Shown here piece by piece: positions 37,255 through 46,792 of a stretch of 57,040 nucleotides of DNA. Made by a program: the position numbers and the translations under genes. Source of the DNA: Candidatus Omnitrophota bacterium (GTDB lineage: Bacteria > Omnitrophota > Gorgyraeia > Tantalellales > Tantalellaceae); assembly GCA_034723315.1 (NCBI GenBank), contig JAYEOV010000063.1, positions 1-57,040 of the forward strand, written 5' to 3'. The notes beneath the pieces were generated by a model. The model was not told the origin of the DNA and searched no databases. It worked only from the letters and a program-made list of their open reading frames with translations. Numbering within the stretch: position 1 is the first letter of the stretch; every line of letters begins with the position of its first letter.

Positions 37255-37875
37255 TCAAAGATTGCCAAGTAGATATCTCAACGCTTTGAAGCCTTCGGCG
37301 TATTTGACCTTCGCCTGAAATCCGCGAAAATTCGCGACAGCTTTGACGCTTTCCAACAGATCCAGCCCTGTCGGATATTCTCTTTCAACCTGCGATTTAT
37401 GGATCTTGAGCAGCTCGACCTTCTCTTCCAGGACATCCTGAATATCAACAAAAATGTCCGGTTCATAATTGGTGCAGGTATAATCCTCATAGAAGAGGAC
37501 TTTCTTTGAATAACGCGAGGCAACTATCGTGGCATCGGCCAGATTCCTGTGATCCTGGTGTGTATCATAAGGATAATTCACAAAAATGACTTCAGGATCA
37601 CAGTCCCTGATCACATCCTCGATCCGGCCTATAAGCTGCCTGCCCATGGCGAGCTGTGTATCCTTGAAACCGCCCCAGTAAAGTTTTTTTATACCCAGAA
37701 ATTCGTCAGCTTTCTCCTGCTCGTTCATCCTGATATCAGCCCCGCTGGAGAAATCACCGTGCGTCGCCACGAAAAAGTATATATTCGCGCCTTTCTCTTT
37801 TTTCAATTTAAGGAGCGTGCCGCCGCATCCGTATTCTATATCATCCGGATGGGCCCCTATCGCCAATATATTCAT
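37255..37875 (-). CDS. PIG-L/LmbE family deacetylase
   Basis: GAHPDD.E.G.GG, HQDH, H.SQ, AEGF. Confidence 0.9.
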   Translation of the reverse strand: MNILAIGAHPDDIEYGCGGTLLKLKKEKGANIYFFVATHGDFSSGADIRMNEQEKADEFLGIKKLYWGGFKDTQLAMGRQLIGRIEDVIRDCDPEVIFVNYPYDTHQDHRNLADATIVASRYSKKVLFYEDYTCTNYEPDIFVDIQDVLEEKVELLKIHKSQVEREYPTGLDLLESVKAVANFRGFQAKVKYAEGFKALRYLLGNL

Positions 37876-38558
37876 TGTTTTCTCCCTTCTCTAATGATAT
37901 CCAGACTCTTTTTCCCCTGACAGAATAAAAGGTCCACAACCGCCATGTACGGTTCGAACCCTTCGAACATCTGCCTGTATTCGGGGTGTGAATACTCCTG
38001 GAACTCAAGCTTTATGCCGTTCTTCCGAAACATTTCAAGATCAAGATAGTCCGCGCCGCCGGCCCCCGAAAGGTAAGTATCCGCCCCGAGTTTTTTACAT
38101 ATATCGACAAGCCTTTGTGTCTTATCCGTTCTTATATCCAGGGAAGAACTCTTCAGCAGTTCCGTCTTGATCCCCAATGCTTCCTTAAGATATTCAATAC
38201 AATGAATATTGATGTCAGCGAGAAGCTCCCACTCCCTGCCGAAAACTTCCCGGAAGAACGGAAAATACCCGTCAAAATATCCGGCCCGGGAATAATTAAG
38301 CTCAAGGCCTTTTCTGTGCTTATCTCTCCAGTTCTCCCGGCTGTTTATTCTTACCTCGTTAAGTTTCTGTCCGAATTCATAAAGAACCGGCACGGTAAGC
38401 CATTGCCATCTGTCGGCATTGCGGATCTTGTTGCGGTTCTGCCACTCGTTCTTCTTGAACTGAACGTCATCCAGCAGGACGAACACGTCCGCCCGGTCCA
38501 TCTTATCAAAATATCCCAGCCAGGGCAAGTATTGCGGTTGGTGGATAGCTATTTTCAT
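37872..38558 (-). CDS. WbqC family protein
   Basis: IHQPQYLPWLGYF, DDVQF.K..WQNRN.I, WLTVPV, YLSG.GG..Y. Confidence 0.92.
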   Translation of the reverse strand: MKIAIHQPQYLPWLGYFDKMDRADVFVLLDDVQFKKNEWQNRNKIRNADRWQWLTVPVLYEFGQKLNEVRINSRENWRDKHRKGLELNYSRAGYFDGYFPFFREVFGREWELLADINIHCIEYLKEALGIKTELLKSSSLDIRTDKTQRLVDICKKLGADTYLSGAGGADYLDLEMFRKNGIKLEFQEYSHPEYRQMFEGFEPYMAVVDLLFCQGKKSLDIIREGRKQ

Positions 38559-38576
38559 ATCAATTAAACGCTATGG

Positions 38577-38618
38577 ATATTTCGTATCTCGTATCTAGTA
38601 TCTCGTATTGCGTATTGA
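38577..38618. repeat. Heptamer array (gtatctc)x6, degenerate
   Basis: atatttc gtatctc gtatcta gtatctc gtattgc gtattga. Confidence 0.75.
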
Positions 38619-38651
38619 ACGAGTTCTCTCGCTTTTGTATATAAAAATATA

Positions 38652-38709
38652 TTCCGGGGATATGCCTGGGCAAGCTCTCGAGGCGCCTACAACAGGCGTG
38701 TCCCCGGAA
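38652..38709. repeat. 58-bp GGGGA(C/T)A...TGTCCCC hairpin repeat, copy 4
   Basis: ttccggggatatgcctg...caggcgtgtccccggaa. Confidence 0.8.
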
Positions 38710-38768
38710 CTTCAGCAGTATTTATACGCGTCTAAAACAGGTATGTCCCCCAGATAACTGATCACACA

Positions 38769-39956
38769 TTACTTCTCTCCCAACAGTTCTTTATAGAGCT
38801 TGTCAAGGTCGTTGACCATTTTTTCCGCGGAATAACCGGAAAGCGCTATTTCCCTGCCCTTTTGGGCTATTTTCTTTGTCTTTTCCGGATGCTCAAGCAA
38901 GGATTCCACGGCCCTGGTTATGGCGCCTGCCGATGCCGGTTCGATCAGTATCCCGGCCTCCCCGGAAACTATCGAAGGCACACCCCCCACCCTGGTAGCT
39001 ATAACAGGCTTTCCGTAATACATAGCCATGACCAGGACGCGCCCCATACCTTCGTTGAGCGAGGACAGCACAAAAATATCAAGAGCTTTCAGAACCGCGG
39101 CGGTATGTTCCTGCCATCCGATCATATGAAAACGTCCATCGAGCCCCCCCGACTCTATCATCTTTTTGTACTTCCTGAGAAGGGGGCCGTCTCCCGCGAG
39201 AACGAAATGGACATCGTCCCTCTTATTTACAAGCTCAGATGCCGCTTTTATGAAATATTCATACCCCTTAACTTCCACGAACCGCCCGATGGACCCTATA
39301 AGTTTATGTTCGGGAGGAATACCGAGCTCCTCTTTCAGGTCCCTGCCCTCAAAAACACTGTTTTCCATCAACTCAAAATCCATGCCGCTGGGTATAGAGA
39401 TATAATTTTCTCTTTGCCCTATGCCGAAACTTATCCATTCATCACATTCCGCGGGAGTAAGACCTATGATCCTGTCAGTAACACGCGCTGTAAGAGATTC
39501 GATAAATATAATGACATTCGTCAGGGCACTGCTAAAATATCCATAAAAAACATGACCGTGCGGAGTATACACTATTTTACTGGCACCGGCCAGCCTGGCG
39601 GCAAATCTGCAAATAAGACCGGCTTTTGACGAATGGGTGTGAACGATATCATATTTTTTGTCGCGCAAAAACCGCAGAATGTCAAAAAATGCCACTATAT
39701 CCTTCAAAGGATGAATTTCCCTGACAAGGTCATCCTCTTCGATGAAATCCACACCTGCCTCCCTTGCCCTCTTCAAAAGCTCCACACTCACATCTTCGGT
39801 CCGTCCGAAAAGTATGTCCACTTTATACCCTTTTTCGGCCAGCCCGGCAGCGCTTAAGAGCGTATTCTCAGAGGATCCGCCTCTATCGAGACGGGTTATT
39901 GCGTGTAATACTTTTATTTTTTCACTCATGTCATTCTTATCTTCAAAATCGCCCAT
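38769..39956 (-). CDS. GT4 glycosyltransferase
   Basis: HTHSSKAG, TPHG, GRF..VKG, S.NEG.G.V...AM..GKPV.AT.VGG. Confidence 0.9.
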   Translation of the reverse strand: MGDFEDKNDMSEKIKVLHAITRLDRGGSSENTLLSAAGLAEKGYKVDILFGRTEDVSVELLKRAREAGVDFIEEDDLVREIHPLKDIVAFFDILRFLRDKKYDIVHTHSSKAGLICRFAARLAGASKIVYTPHGHVFYGYFSSALTNVIIFIESLTARVTDRIIGLTPAECDEWISFGIGQRENYISIPSGMDFELMENSVFEGRDLKEELGIPPEHKLIGSIGRFVEVKGYEYFIKAASELVNKRDDVHFVLAGDGPLLRKYKKMIESGGLDGRFHMIGWQEHTAAVLKALDIFVLSSLNEGMGRVLVMAMYYGKPVIATRVGGVPSIVSGEAGILIEPASAGAITRAVESLLEHPEKTKKIAQKGREIALSGYSAEKMVNDLDKLYKELLGEK

Positions 39957-40017
39957 GGTTCGCGATCAACTATCGACAGCGGACCAACAACTATAATACT
40001 CCCCAGTTTCTATCACT

Positions 40018-41055
40018 CTACGATAGGCACCCCGCCTCAATCAAAAGTTCCTTCACTTTCGCAAATACCTCCTCAGGTTCGATCAAGGAAAAGCATTCCA
40101 TTCTCTTGCATTTCACCCTGCCCCTTTTATAACAAGGGCTGCATTTTATTCCTTTTCGCACGATTCTTACATGTTTTGATACGGGGCAGGTTTTTCTGTA
40201 ATCCGTAGGCCCAAATATAGCGACAACCGGTACGCCAAGTGAAGCTGCGAAATGCATGAGCCCTGAATCGTTGCCAACAACGATATCGCATTTTCCCATC
40301 AGAGAAGCTAATTGATGAAAATCAGTTCTCCCGACAGAAGAAACAAACTTTACCCCGGTCTCAGCCAACTGCCCCACCAGATCCTTCTCGTTACTCCCGC
40401 CGATCAATATAACCTGAGCCCCCAGTTCTCTATTTGCCAGATCTATAAGGGAGGCAAACCTGGCTATCGGCCATCTCCTGAAAGAAGCCTGCCTCTGTCC
40501 CGATCCCGCATGCATGCCAATGATAATATCATCGTTATTTATATTGTTTTCCCTAAAAAATCCTTCAGTGAATTCCTTATCTTCCTCTATATCTATTTCG
40601 GGATACAAAGGTAATCTTAATCCCAAATAATCAGCGAATTTTCTATGAACCTCGTATTCGTGGAGCAACGGTTCAGACACACCTTTGTCAACAAGAAAGG
40701 AAAATATACCAGGGATAGTGGATATCTTGCGCTTTACTCCAGTCGCAGTAAAGAAAATCCAACTTTTTATCCAATTGGTATAAGCCGCGGTAATACCTGT
40801 CCCGATTTTTTCTCTTCTAATATCAAATATTTTCCCGATTAAATAAGCAGGTTCAAATCTTAGAGACAAAACCTCTTCATCCGAAAACCCCAAAGCCTTC
40901 ACCAACTCGTAAACGACCTTTTCGTTGACAACTACTTTTATGCCGTAATCCTTTTGTTCTCTTAATGCTTTGACCAAGGGATAAATAAGGATAGTGTTTC
41001 CCAACCCACCCAGATTAAGGATCAGCGCTTTATCTGCCTGTTCCTGCCCCTGCAT
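40018..41055 (-). CDS. GT9 (heptosyltransferase-like) glycosyltransferase
   Basis: GLGN, RRWP, NDSGLMH.AA, FGPT, CSPC...C...C. Confidence 0.88.
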   Translation of the reverse strand: MQGQEQADKALILNLGGLGNTILIYPLVKALREQKDYGIKVVVNEKVVYELVKALGFSDEEVLSLRFEPAYLIGKIFDIRREKIGTGITAAYTNWIKSWIFFTATGVKRKISTIPGIFSFLVDKGVSEPLLHEYEVHRKFADYLGLRLPLYPEIDIEEDKEFTEGFFRENNINNDDIIIGMHAGSGQRQASFRRWPIARFASLIDLANRELGAQVILIGGSNEKDLVGQLAETGVKFVSSVGRTDFHQLASLMGKCDIVVGNDSGLMHFAASLGVPVVAIFGPTDYRKTCPVSKHVRIVRKGIKCSPCYKRGRVKCKRMECFSLIEPEEVFAKVKELLIEAGCLS

Positions 41056-42151
41056 TTACGATAACCCTCATTATCTTTTCCGACAGGCGCTCTGCGGTAA
41101 ATGATGCAGCTCTTTTGAGCCCCATTTCAACACAATATTCGCGAAGCCCCTTGTCATTGACCAAATCCAAGATCTTTTTCGAAATATCTTCGGAATCACG
41201 CGGGTCGAAGAACACCGCCGCGTCACCAAGAACTTCCGTCATAGGCAGTATTCCAGACGAAACAACAGGCACACCCACGGCCATAGCCTCAACCGGCGGG
41301 ATACCAAAACCTTCAGCAAGCGATGGAAAAACAAAAATCGAAGCATGTTCAAGAAAAAACCAGATATCATCATGACTTATATTCTCAACGGGAATCACCT
41401 TTCCTATCAGCCCGTGGCTTATCAAAAAACTGTACATTGTTCCTGTTTCTTTCTCTGAGCCTCCCACAAGCATAAGTCTGAACTTATCTCTCGCTTCCTG
41501 CGGCAATAAACAATAAGCGGATATGAGCCTGTTAATATTCTTATGAGGTTTAAAATTCCCGACATATAGCAGATACGGTTTATCAAGTCCGTATCTTTTC
41601 ACCATCAAGTCCTCTTTATTATCATATTCGGTACTTGTCGCGGGTACAACTACCGAAGGGTAAGCCACTTCCAGTTTGTCTTTTTTTATCCCGAACATGG
41701 AGGAAATCTTATTTTTCGCGTCTTCTGAAAGAGTTATTACTTTCACCGACCTGCGGCTGCATACGTGAACGTAAAAACGGAAATACATCCTTTCAAGCAT
41801 GCCTTTCAAGTTCCTGTATCTCGAAACGACAAGAGGTATTACATCGCAAACCGTGCTTACATAAGGACAGACACGTTTCAAGGGTGTTTTAATATACGGC
41901 GAAAAAAAGACATTGATCTTTTCCCTCTTCAAAGCGGCCGGGAGCCGGACCTGATCCCACCATAAAGTACACACTTCATTAAGCATAACATGTTTACCGG
42001 GTGCGGGAATAGAATCAAAATCCGTATGCTGATTGCCGAAAAAAACGAACTCATACTCTCTCCCGACATAGGTGAGGAAATCCTCTAGGATCGTCCTGAG
42101 ACCCGTATAGACCCCTTTCTTAAATTCTCTTACATCTATCCCTATCTTCAT
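41030..42151 (-). CDS. GT4 glycosyltransferase
   Basis: YVGN.KPHKN, FPSLAEGFGIPPVEAMA.G.PV. Confidence 0.9.
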   Translation of the reverse strand: MKIGIDVREFKKGVYTGLRTILEDFLTYVGREYEFVFFGNQHTDFDSIPAPGKHVMLNEVCTLWWDQVRLPAALKREKINVFFSPYIKTPLKRVCPYVSTVCDVIPLVVSRYRNLKGMLERMYFRFYVHVCSRRSVKVITLSEDAKNKISSMFGIKKDKLEVAYPSVVVPATSTEYDNKEDLMVKRYGLDKPYLLYVGNFKPHKNINRLISAYCLLPQEARDKFRLMLVGGSEKETGTMYSFLISHGLIGKVIPVENISHDDIWFFLEHASIFVFPSLAEGFGIPPVEAMAVGVPVVSSGILPMTEVLGDAAVFFDPRDSEDISKKILDLVNDKGLREYCVEMGLKRAASFTAERLSEKIMRVIVNAGAGTGR

Positions 42152-42157
42152 GATTTT

Positions 42158-43006
42158 TTACGGTAAATATTTCTTATGTTTCCCCAGCCTGTCCCGAAAA
42201 GCATCTCCGAAACCTTCAATTATCGCTCCCGCTTCCCGTACCTCGCCGTTAAAAATGTGGAAACAGAAATTTTTCAATCCGCACAAAACGATCTTCAGGA
42301 CCTCTCTGTACCTCTTATGCTTCATATGTACCCATAATTCATTCCTGTATGAATAATATATGCGGAAAGGTTGTCTATAGGACTCTGTCAGTATCCTGCC
42401 GAATTTTCTTCTTATCTTTTTCGAATATTCCAGAGAATTTATTTTACTGGAAAAGACCAGATATATTCTGTATCCGGCTTTCCTGATACGCAGGCCATAC
42501 TCTATATCACCCCCATAGAGAAAAAAATCCTTTTCAGGAAGTCCCACCCTTTCCACGACCTCGGAAAAGATCATTGCACCCCTCCAGGCTATCAGGTCTT
42601 CGATCTCTAAAACAGGCACATCATCGCGCCGATCCCAGGGGCGCGCGCTTCTTACCGCACCGACCTTTGCTTCTTTCTCAAGCATCTCCGCCCACTTTAT
42701 CAGTTCAGATAAGGCATTCTTACCAGAAATACAGTCATCATCGAACAACCAGACATAATCGCTGTCCTTGTAGGCAAGCCTTATCCCCTCTGAAAAACCG
42801 CCTTCGCTTCCTATGTTGTCGGGGAAATGCCTGTACCCAACGAAAGGAAAATGTTCTTCTATCATCCTTTGTGTTTCATTTCCAGGGCTGTTGTCTATCA
42901 CGATTATCTTATCCGGCAATACCGCCTGCTTCCGCATGCTTTCCAGGGATTTTTTCAAATAATCAGGACGTTTATAAGTAACCACTACTGCTGTTATTTT
43001 TTTCAT
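42158..43006 (-). CDS. GT2 glycosyltransferase
   Basis: VVVTY.R, IDN.P, N.G..GGF..G, FDDD, D.EY.LR. Confidence 0.88.
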   Translation of the reverse strand: MKKITAVVVTYKRPDYLKKSLESMRKQAVLPDKIIVIDNSPGNETQRMIEEHFPFVGYRHFPDNIGSEGGFSEGIRLAYKDSDYVWLFDDDCISGKNALSELIKWAEMLEKEAKVGAVRSARPWDRRDDVPVLEIEDLIAWRGAMIFSEVVERVGLPEKDFFLYGGDIEYGLRIRKAGYRIYLVFSSKINSLEYSKKIRRKFGRILTESYRQPFRIYYSYRNELWVHMKHKRYREVLKIVLCGLKNFCFHIFNGEVREAGAIIEGFGDAFRDRLGKHKKYLP

Positions 43007-43009
43007 TTT

Positions 43010-44014
43010 TCACGCCTTTTTCGCATATATAAGCATCTCACTGCTCTGTCCGATCGCTTTCAAGACAAGAGCGAACGGAAGAAAAAATGCGCGAAGCATT
43101 TTATTGTTCACGTTGAAAAACCCGATCATCCGGCCCGGGAATCCATTATCTTCCAGAATATATCTTGTGCTTAGAATAAAATTATTAACGTTCAGGACCT
43201 GCGCAACTCTGACGGGTTCCAGTCCGTTCTTTCTCAACATGTTTATCAATGTCTTCCTGTTATAATGAAAACGATGCCTCGGCAGTTCATAAGCATGCCA
43301 GCGTCTGCCGAAAATAGCTGTTTCTATTCTGCTATAATTTGGGATATTGATTACTACCAGGCCCCCGGGCTTCAAGATATTATTGATCTTACCAAGTTCT
43401 ATAAGGGGCTTCAAAAAGTGTTCCAATACATGGTTCAAATTAATCACATCAAAGAAGTTTTCTTTATATTCAACATCCATAAACTTACCGGTAACAACAT
43501 TCAAGCTTCTTTCCTTCCGGGCATAAGAAGACATTTTTCTTTCCAGTTCGACCCCGTAGACTTCCCAGCCTAACTTTTTCTGTTCAGATAACAACTTCCC
43601 GTCCCCGCATCCGATATCAAGTAATCTGCCAGGTTTGTCCTTATATGGAATACACCTGTTCCGATACCGATAGAAAGAAAAAAGAAAAATACTCTCCAGA
43701 AAATCGATCAAGCGTGAAAGAGTCGTTCTCTTCCCCGATAAAATCTTCCATAACAACCTGCTGTAACGTCTTGAAAACCAATCTTCAAATCCGCATATTC
43801 CCTGAGAAAAAGCTCCATCTCTGATACTATAGTACCCTTCAGGATAGTATTTTTGCATCTCTTCTGCGCTGATATATGGCAAGGTATATATCAAACCACA
43901 GCCGCGACATCTCACAACACTGAATTTTTCATTTGAGCGGGATAATCTGTCCCTGCCCTCAATAATTATGTCGCACTCTGGTGACCCGCACAATTTACAT
44001 CTTACTCGATTCAT
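43010..44014 (-). CDS. Class I SAM-dependent methyltransferase with N-terminal Zn-ribbon-like motif
   Basis: CKLC...CRGC, LDIGCGDG, HVLEH, LKPGG, PRH. Confidence 0.88.
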   Translation of the reverse strand: MNRVRCKLCGSPECDIIIEGRDRLSRSNEKFSVVRCRGCGLIYTLPYISAEEMQKYYPEGYYSIRDGAFSQGICGFEDWFSRRYSRLLWKILSGKRTTLSRLIDFLESIFLFSFYRYRNRCIPYKDKPGRLLDIGCGDGKLLSEQKKLGWEVYGVELERKMSSYARKERSLNVVTGKFMDVEYKENFFDVINLNHVLEHFLKPLIELGKINNILKPGGLVVINIPNYSRIETAIFGRRWHAYELPRHRFHYNRKTLINMLRKNGLEPVRVAQVLNVNNFILSTRYILEDNGFPGRMIGFFNVNNKMLRAFFLPFALVLKAIGQSSEMLIYAKKA

Positions 44015-44016
44015 TG

Positions 44017-45144
44017 TTAATGCGCCTGCAAGGCTTTCAGTTCTTCATATTGTTTCTGTACAAGCAAGATATTTTTTTCAATACTGAAATAATTTTTAAC
44101 TCTTTCTCTTGCTTTTAATCCTATTTTCTCTCTGAATCCGATGCCCGCAATCAGCCGCTCTATCGCTTCTGTCAGCCTCATTACATCATCACATGGAACA
44201 AGTAGACCCGACTCCCCGTCTACAATCGCCTCATTATTTCCCCCTACATTAGAAGCAATTATAGGTGTTGAACATGCCATGGCTTCCAGCAGAACCCTGC
44301 TGAATCCTTCTCTTTGAGACGGCAGAACAAAAATATCAAGCGCGGATAAAACAGTTTTAACATCGTCACGGGGGGGACTAAAGATCACTTTCTCCCCTAT
44401 CCCCATATCCCTGACCATTTTCCTGAGCCTGGAACCATACGCCTCGTCAACGGTCTTGCCCAAAACAAGAAGCCTGACTTCGGGATGCTTTTCGGCAAGG
44501 ATTTTTAACGCCTCAAATAGAACCGGATGCCCTTTAAGCGGAACTAAAAGCCCTATTATGCCTAAAAGCACGTCACCACGGCGAATATTCATACCTCCTC
44601 TTGTTCTCTCGCTTTTTTCTTTGTCCATAAAAAACTTATTTGTATCCACGCCGTTATAGATAACCTGTATCTTAGGCGCAAGGTTCGGATAACCTCCGAA
44701 CCGCTCTTTTCTGACCGCCCTTGAAACGCAAATTATCCTTGCCGCCGAGCTGCCAAGGAACCTGTCATATATGGGGATATCCCTGATAGATTCCCGAACG
44801 TGCCACACAAGGTGGGCATCCATGTTTTTAAGCGCCAGTGCCGCGTAAAACTGTGCCCTGCTGCCGTTGGTGTGGATAATATCCGCGCCGCAATCGGTTA
44901 TGACGTCCCTAAGTTCCAGGGCTTTTTCCCTAATCTTCAGAATATTAAAGGTCCTGACTGAAGACATATCCCACAGATAGACTTTTATTCCCAGAGATCT
45001 AAGCCTTTCGGACATACCACCCTCTCCGGGGCAAAGCGCCACAGGCTCGAACCTCGACCGGTCAAGCCCTGACAGAAATTCCAGCAGACTGATCTGCCCT
45101 CCACTGAAGATCTCAGACCTGTTAGTCACATAAAGAATTTTCAT
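44017..45144 (-). CDS. GT4 glycosyltransferase
   Basis: GGQ, IYNGVD, KGH, PS.REGFSRVLLEAMA. Confidence 0.9.
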   Translation of the reverse strand: MKILYVTNRSEIFSGGQISLLEFLSGLDRSRFEPVALCPGEGGMSERLRSLGIKVYLWDMSSVRTFNILKIREKALELRDVITDCGADIIHTNGSRAQFYAALALKNMDAHLVWHVRESIRDIPIYDRFLGSSAARIICVSRAVRKERFGGYPNLAPKIQVIYNGVDTNKFFMDKEKSERTRGGMNIRRGDVLLGIIGLLVPLKGHPVLFEALKILAEKHPEVRLLVLGKTVDEAYGSRLRKMVRDMGIGEKVIFSPPRDDVKTVLSALDIFVLPSQREGFSRVLLEAMACSTPIIASNVGGNNEAIVDGESGLLVPCDDVMRLTEAIERLIAGIGFREKIGLKARERVKNYFSIEKNILLVQKQYEELKALQAH

Positions 45145-45224
45145 TCTGCTTTTCCCGCGCTTTTGTGTTCTTCGTGTTTACCGCTCCTATTGCGTCTGAA
45201 ACGACGTAAACACCACGAACGCAA

Positions 45225-45515
45225 TCACCCCTGCATTGCTCTTCTCCGCGAATATATCAACCATAAATTCCTGCTATACACCATGAGGCCCATGCTTTGC
45301 CCTATAATGAACACCGGATCCTTCCTGAACATCGCATAAATCAGGACAGAAAACGCCCCGACAAAACTGAGATACCAGAATACAAGGGGGATCGTGGACT
45401 TTTTTCTGCGTTCCGACACAATCCACTGTATGAGAAACCTCAGAAAGAAACAACTCTGTCCCAGAAACCCTATTACAAGCCATATATTCTCATTAAATCG
45501 TTCAAACAGCAACAT
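45225..45515 (-). CDS. Lipid-A-disaccharide-synthase N-terminal-like (LAB_N) membrane protein
   Basis: GFLGQ..F..RF.IQW..SE...KS..P..FW..S..G....YA..RKDPVFI.GQ..G..VY.RNL. Confidence 0.88.
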   Translation of the reverse strand: MLLFERFNENIWLVIGFLGQSCFFLRFLIQWIVSERRKKSTIPLVFWYLSFVGAFSVLIYAMFRKDPVFIIGQSMGLMVYSRNLWLIYSRRRAMQG

Positions 45516-45535
45516 GATCGCGTTTTCTCCTCTCT

Positions 45536-46078
45536 TTATGCTTTTTCACATATAAACAACTGGTTTAAAAAATATCTCCTGTAAAATCCGATAACGAAGT
45601 ACGGATATAAGATCCTCTCCATTGAAGTCTTGTCAAAATATCGTTTATGTTCGGCATCCAGGTCTTTGTGCCATAAACGAAGATACTTCTTCGACGAATT
45701 GAGCGGTGTCGTAAGGATCAATCTACCTTCCGGTTTAAGTATACGGCAGCATTCCTTTAACAGAGGACGAGGATCCTCAAGATGTTCTATAAACGCCAGC
45801 ATTGTTACGTAATCCGCGAATCCGCCGGGAAAATCAAGTTCATCCTCGATGTTATCGCCGTAGAGTCTGTCAAGTCCGATTTTTTTCTCGCATGGCGATA
45901 CCTTCAAAAGCGAGGCATCCCCGCACGCAAGATCTATATGAACACCTGCGCGCTCAATATGCCTTGCGACCATCCATATCCTAAACTTTTTTAAACAATT
46001 GCGGATAAAACGTACAAAAAATACGTCTCTTGAGAATTCAGAAGCGAATCTCCTGTCCAAGTCCCTCTCTGTGATCAC
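45536..46078 (-). CDS. Class I SAM-dependent methyltransferase
   Basis: DLACG, MLAFIEHL, RILKP.G.LILTTP, EH..YF. Confidence 0.85.
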   Translation of the reverse strand: MITERDLDRRFASEFSRDVFFVRFIRNCLKKFRIWMVARHIERAGVHIDLACGDASLLKVSPCEKKIGLDRLYGDNIEDELDFPGGFADYVTMLAFIEHLEDPRPLLKECCRILKPEGRLILTTPLNSSKKYLRLWHKDLDAEHKRYFDKTSMERILYPYFVIGFYRRYFLNQLFICEKA

Positions 46079-46096
46079 CTTCCAAACCTCCGAACC

Positions 46097-46792
46097 TTAC
46101 AGTTTTCCAGTAAAATACCGGCTGAGGACCCTCAGGTATCCGTACAAAAAGGCCGCTACAAAAGCTAACCTTCTGATTTTCGTCCCCTTGTCACGCCTTT
46201 CATATTTGATCGGGATATATTTTATCCTGTATCTTTTCAACAGCATAATAAGCGTTATGGACGAAGTGAGCGAAAAACCGTCAGGCAAAAGGTCAAGATA
46301 CTTCAGGAGCACACACCTTTTCATGATCCTTAACCCCGAGTTGAGGTCGGCGACCGGGACCTCGAAGACGCGGGAAAGGATCTTTTCCATCGACTTCTTG
46401 GCTAATAAATGGTCTTTCGGCCTTTTGACGTCATCCCGCCGGTCTCCCACCACCATGTCACATACATCCACCTCCGCTGTGAGTGACAATATATCGCTCA
46501 CAGAATATGTATTGTCGGCATCTATGATACAGATGTATTTACTTTTAGCCTGCCGCACGCCGCTTTTTAAAGAAGCACCGTATCCTCTTCTCCTCTCGTG
46601 ACGGACTGTCCGCACATCAAACTTATCGACAAGGTCAGGTGTGTTATCCGTGGAACCATCGTCCACAACAATTATTTCAGGCACCTTACCCTCCGCAAAT
46701 AGCTGAAATAACTCGTTCAACAAGTTATCGATATGAACATCCTCGTTGAAGACCGGTATTACAATACTTAAATTCTCGGCTATTCCTTCCAT
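46097..46792 (-). CDS. GT2 polyprenol-phosphate glycosyltransferase (DPM1-like)
   Basis: IVIPVFNE, VDDGSTD, GYGASLK.G, DAD, DLNSGLR. Confidence 0.88.
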   Translation of the reverse strand: MEGIAENLSIVIPVFNEDVHIDNLLNELFQLFAEGKVPEIIVVDDGSTDNTPDLVDKFDVRTVRHERRRGYGASLKSGVRQAKSKYICIIDADNTYSVSDILSLTAEVDVCDMVVGDRRDDVKRPKDHLLAKKSMEKILSRVFEVPVADLNSGLRIMKRCVLLKYLDLLPDGFSLTSSITLIMLLKRYRIKYIPIKYERRDKGTKIRRLAFVAAFLYGYLRVLSRYFTGKL

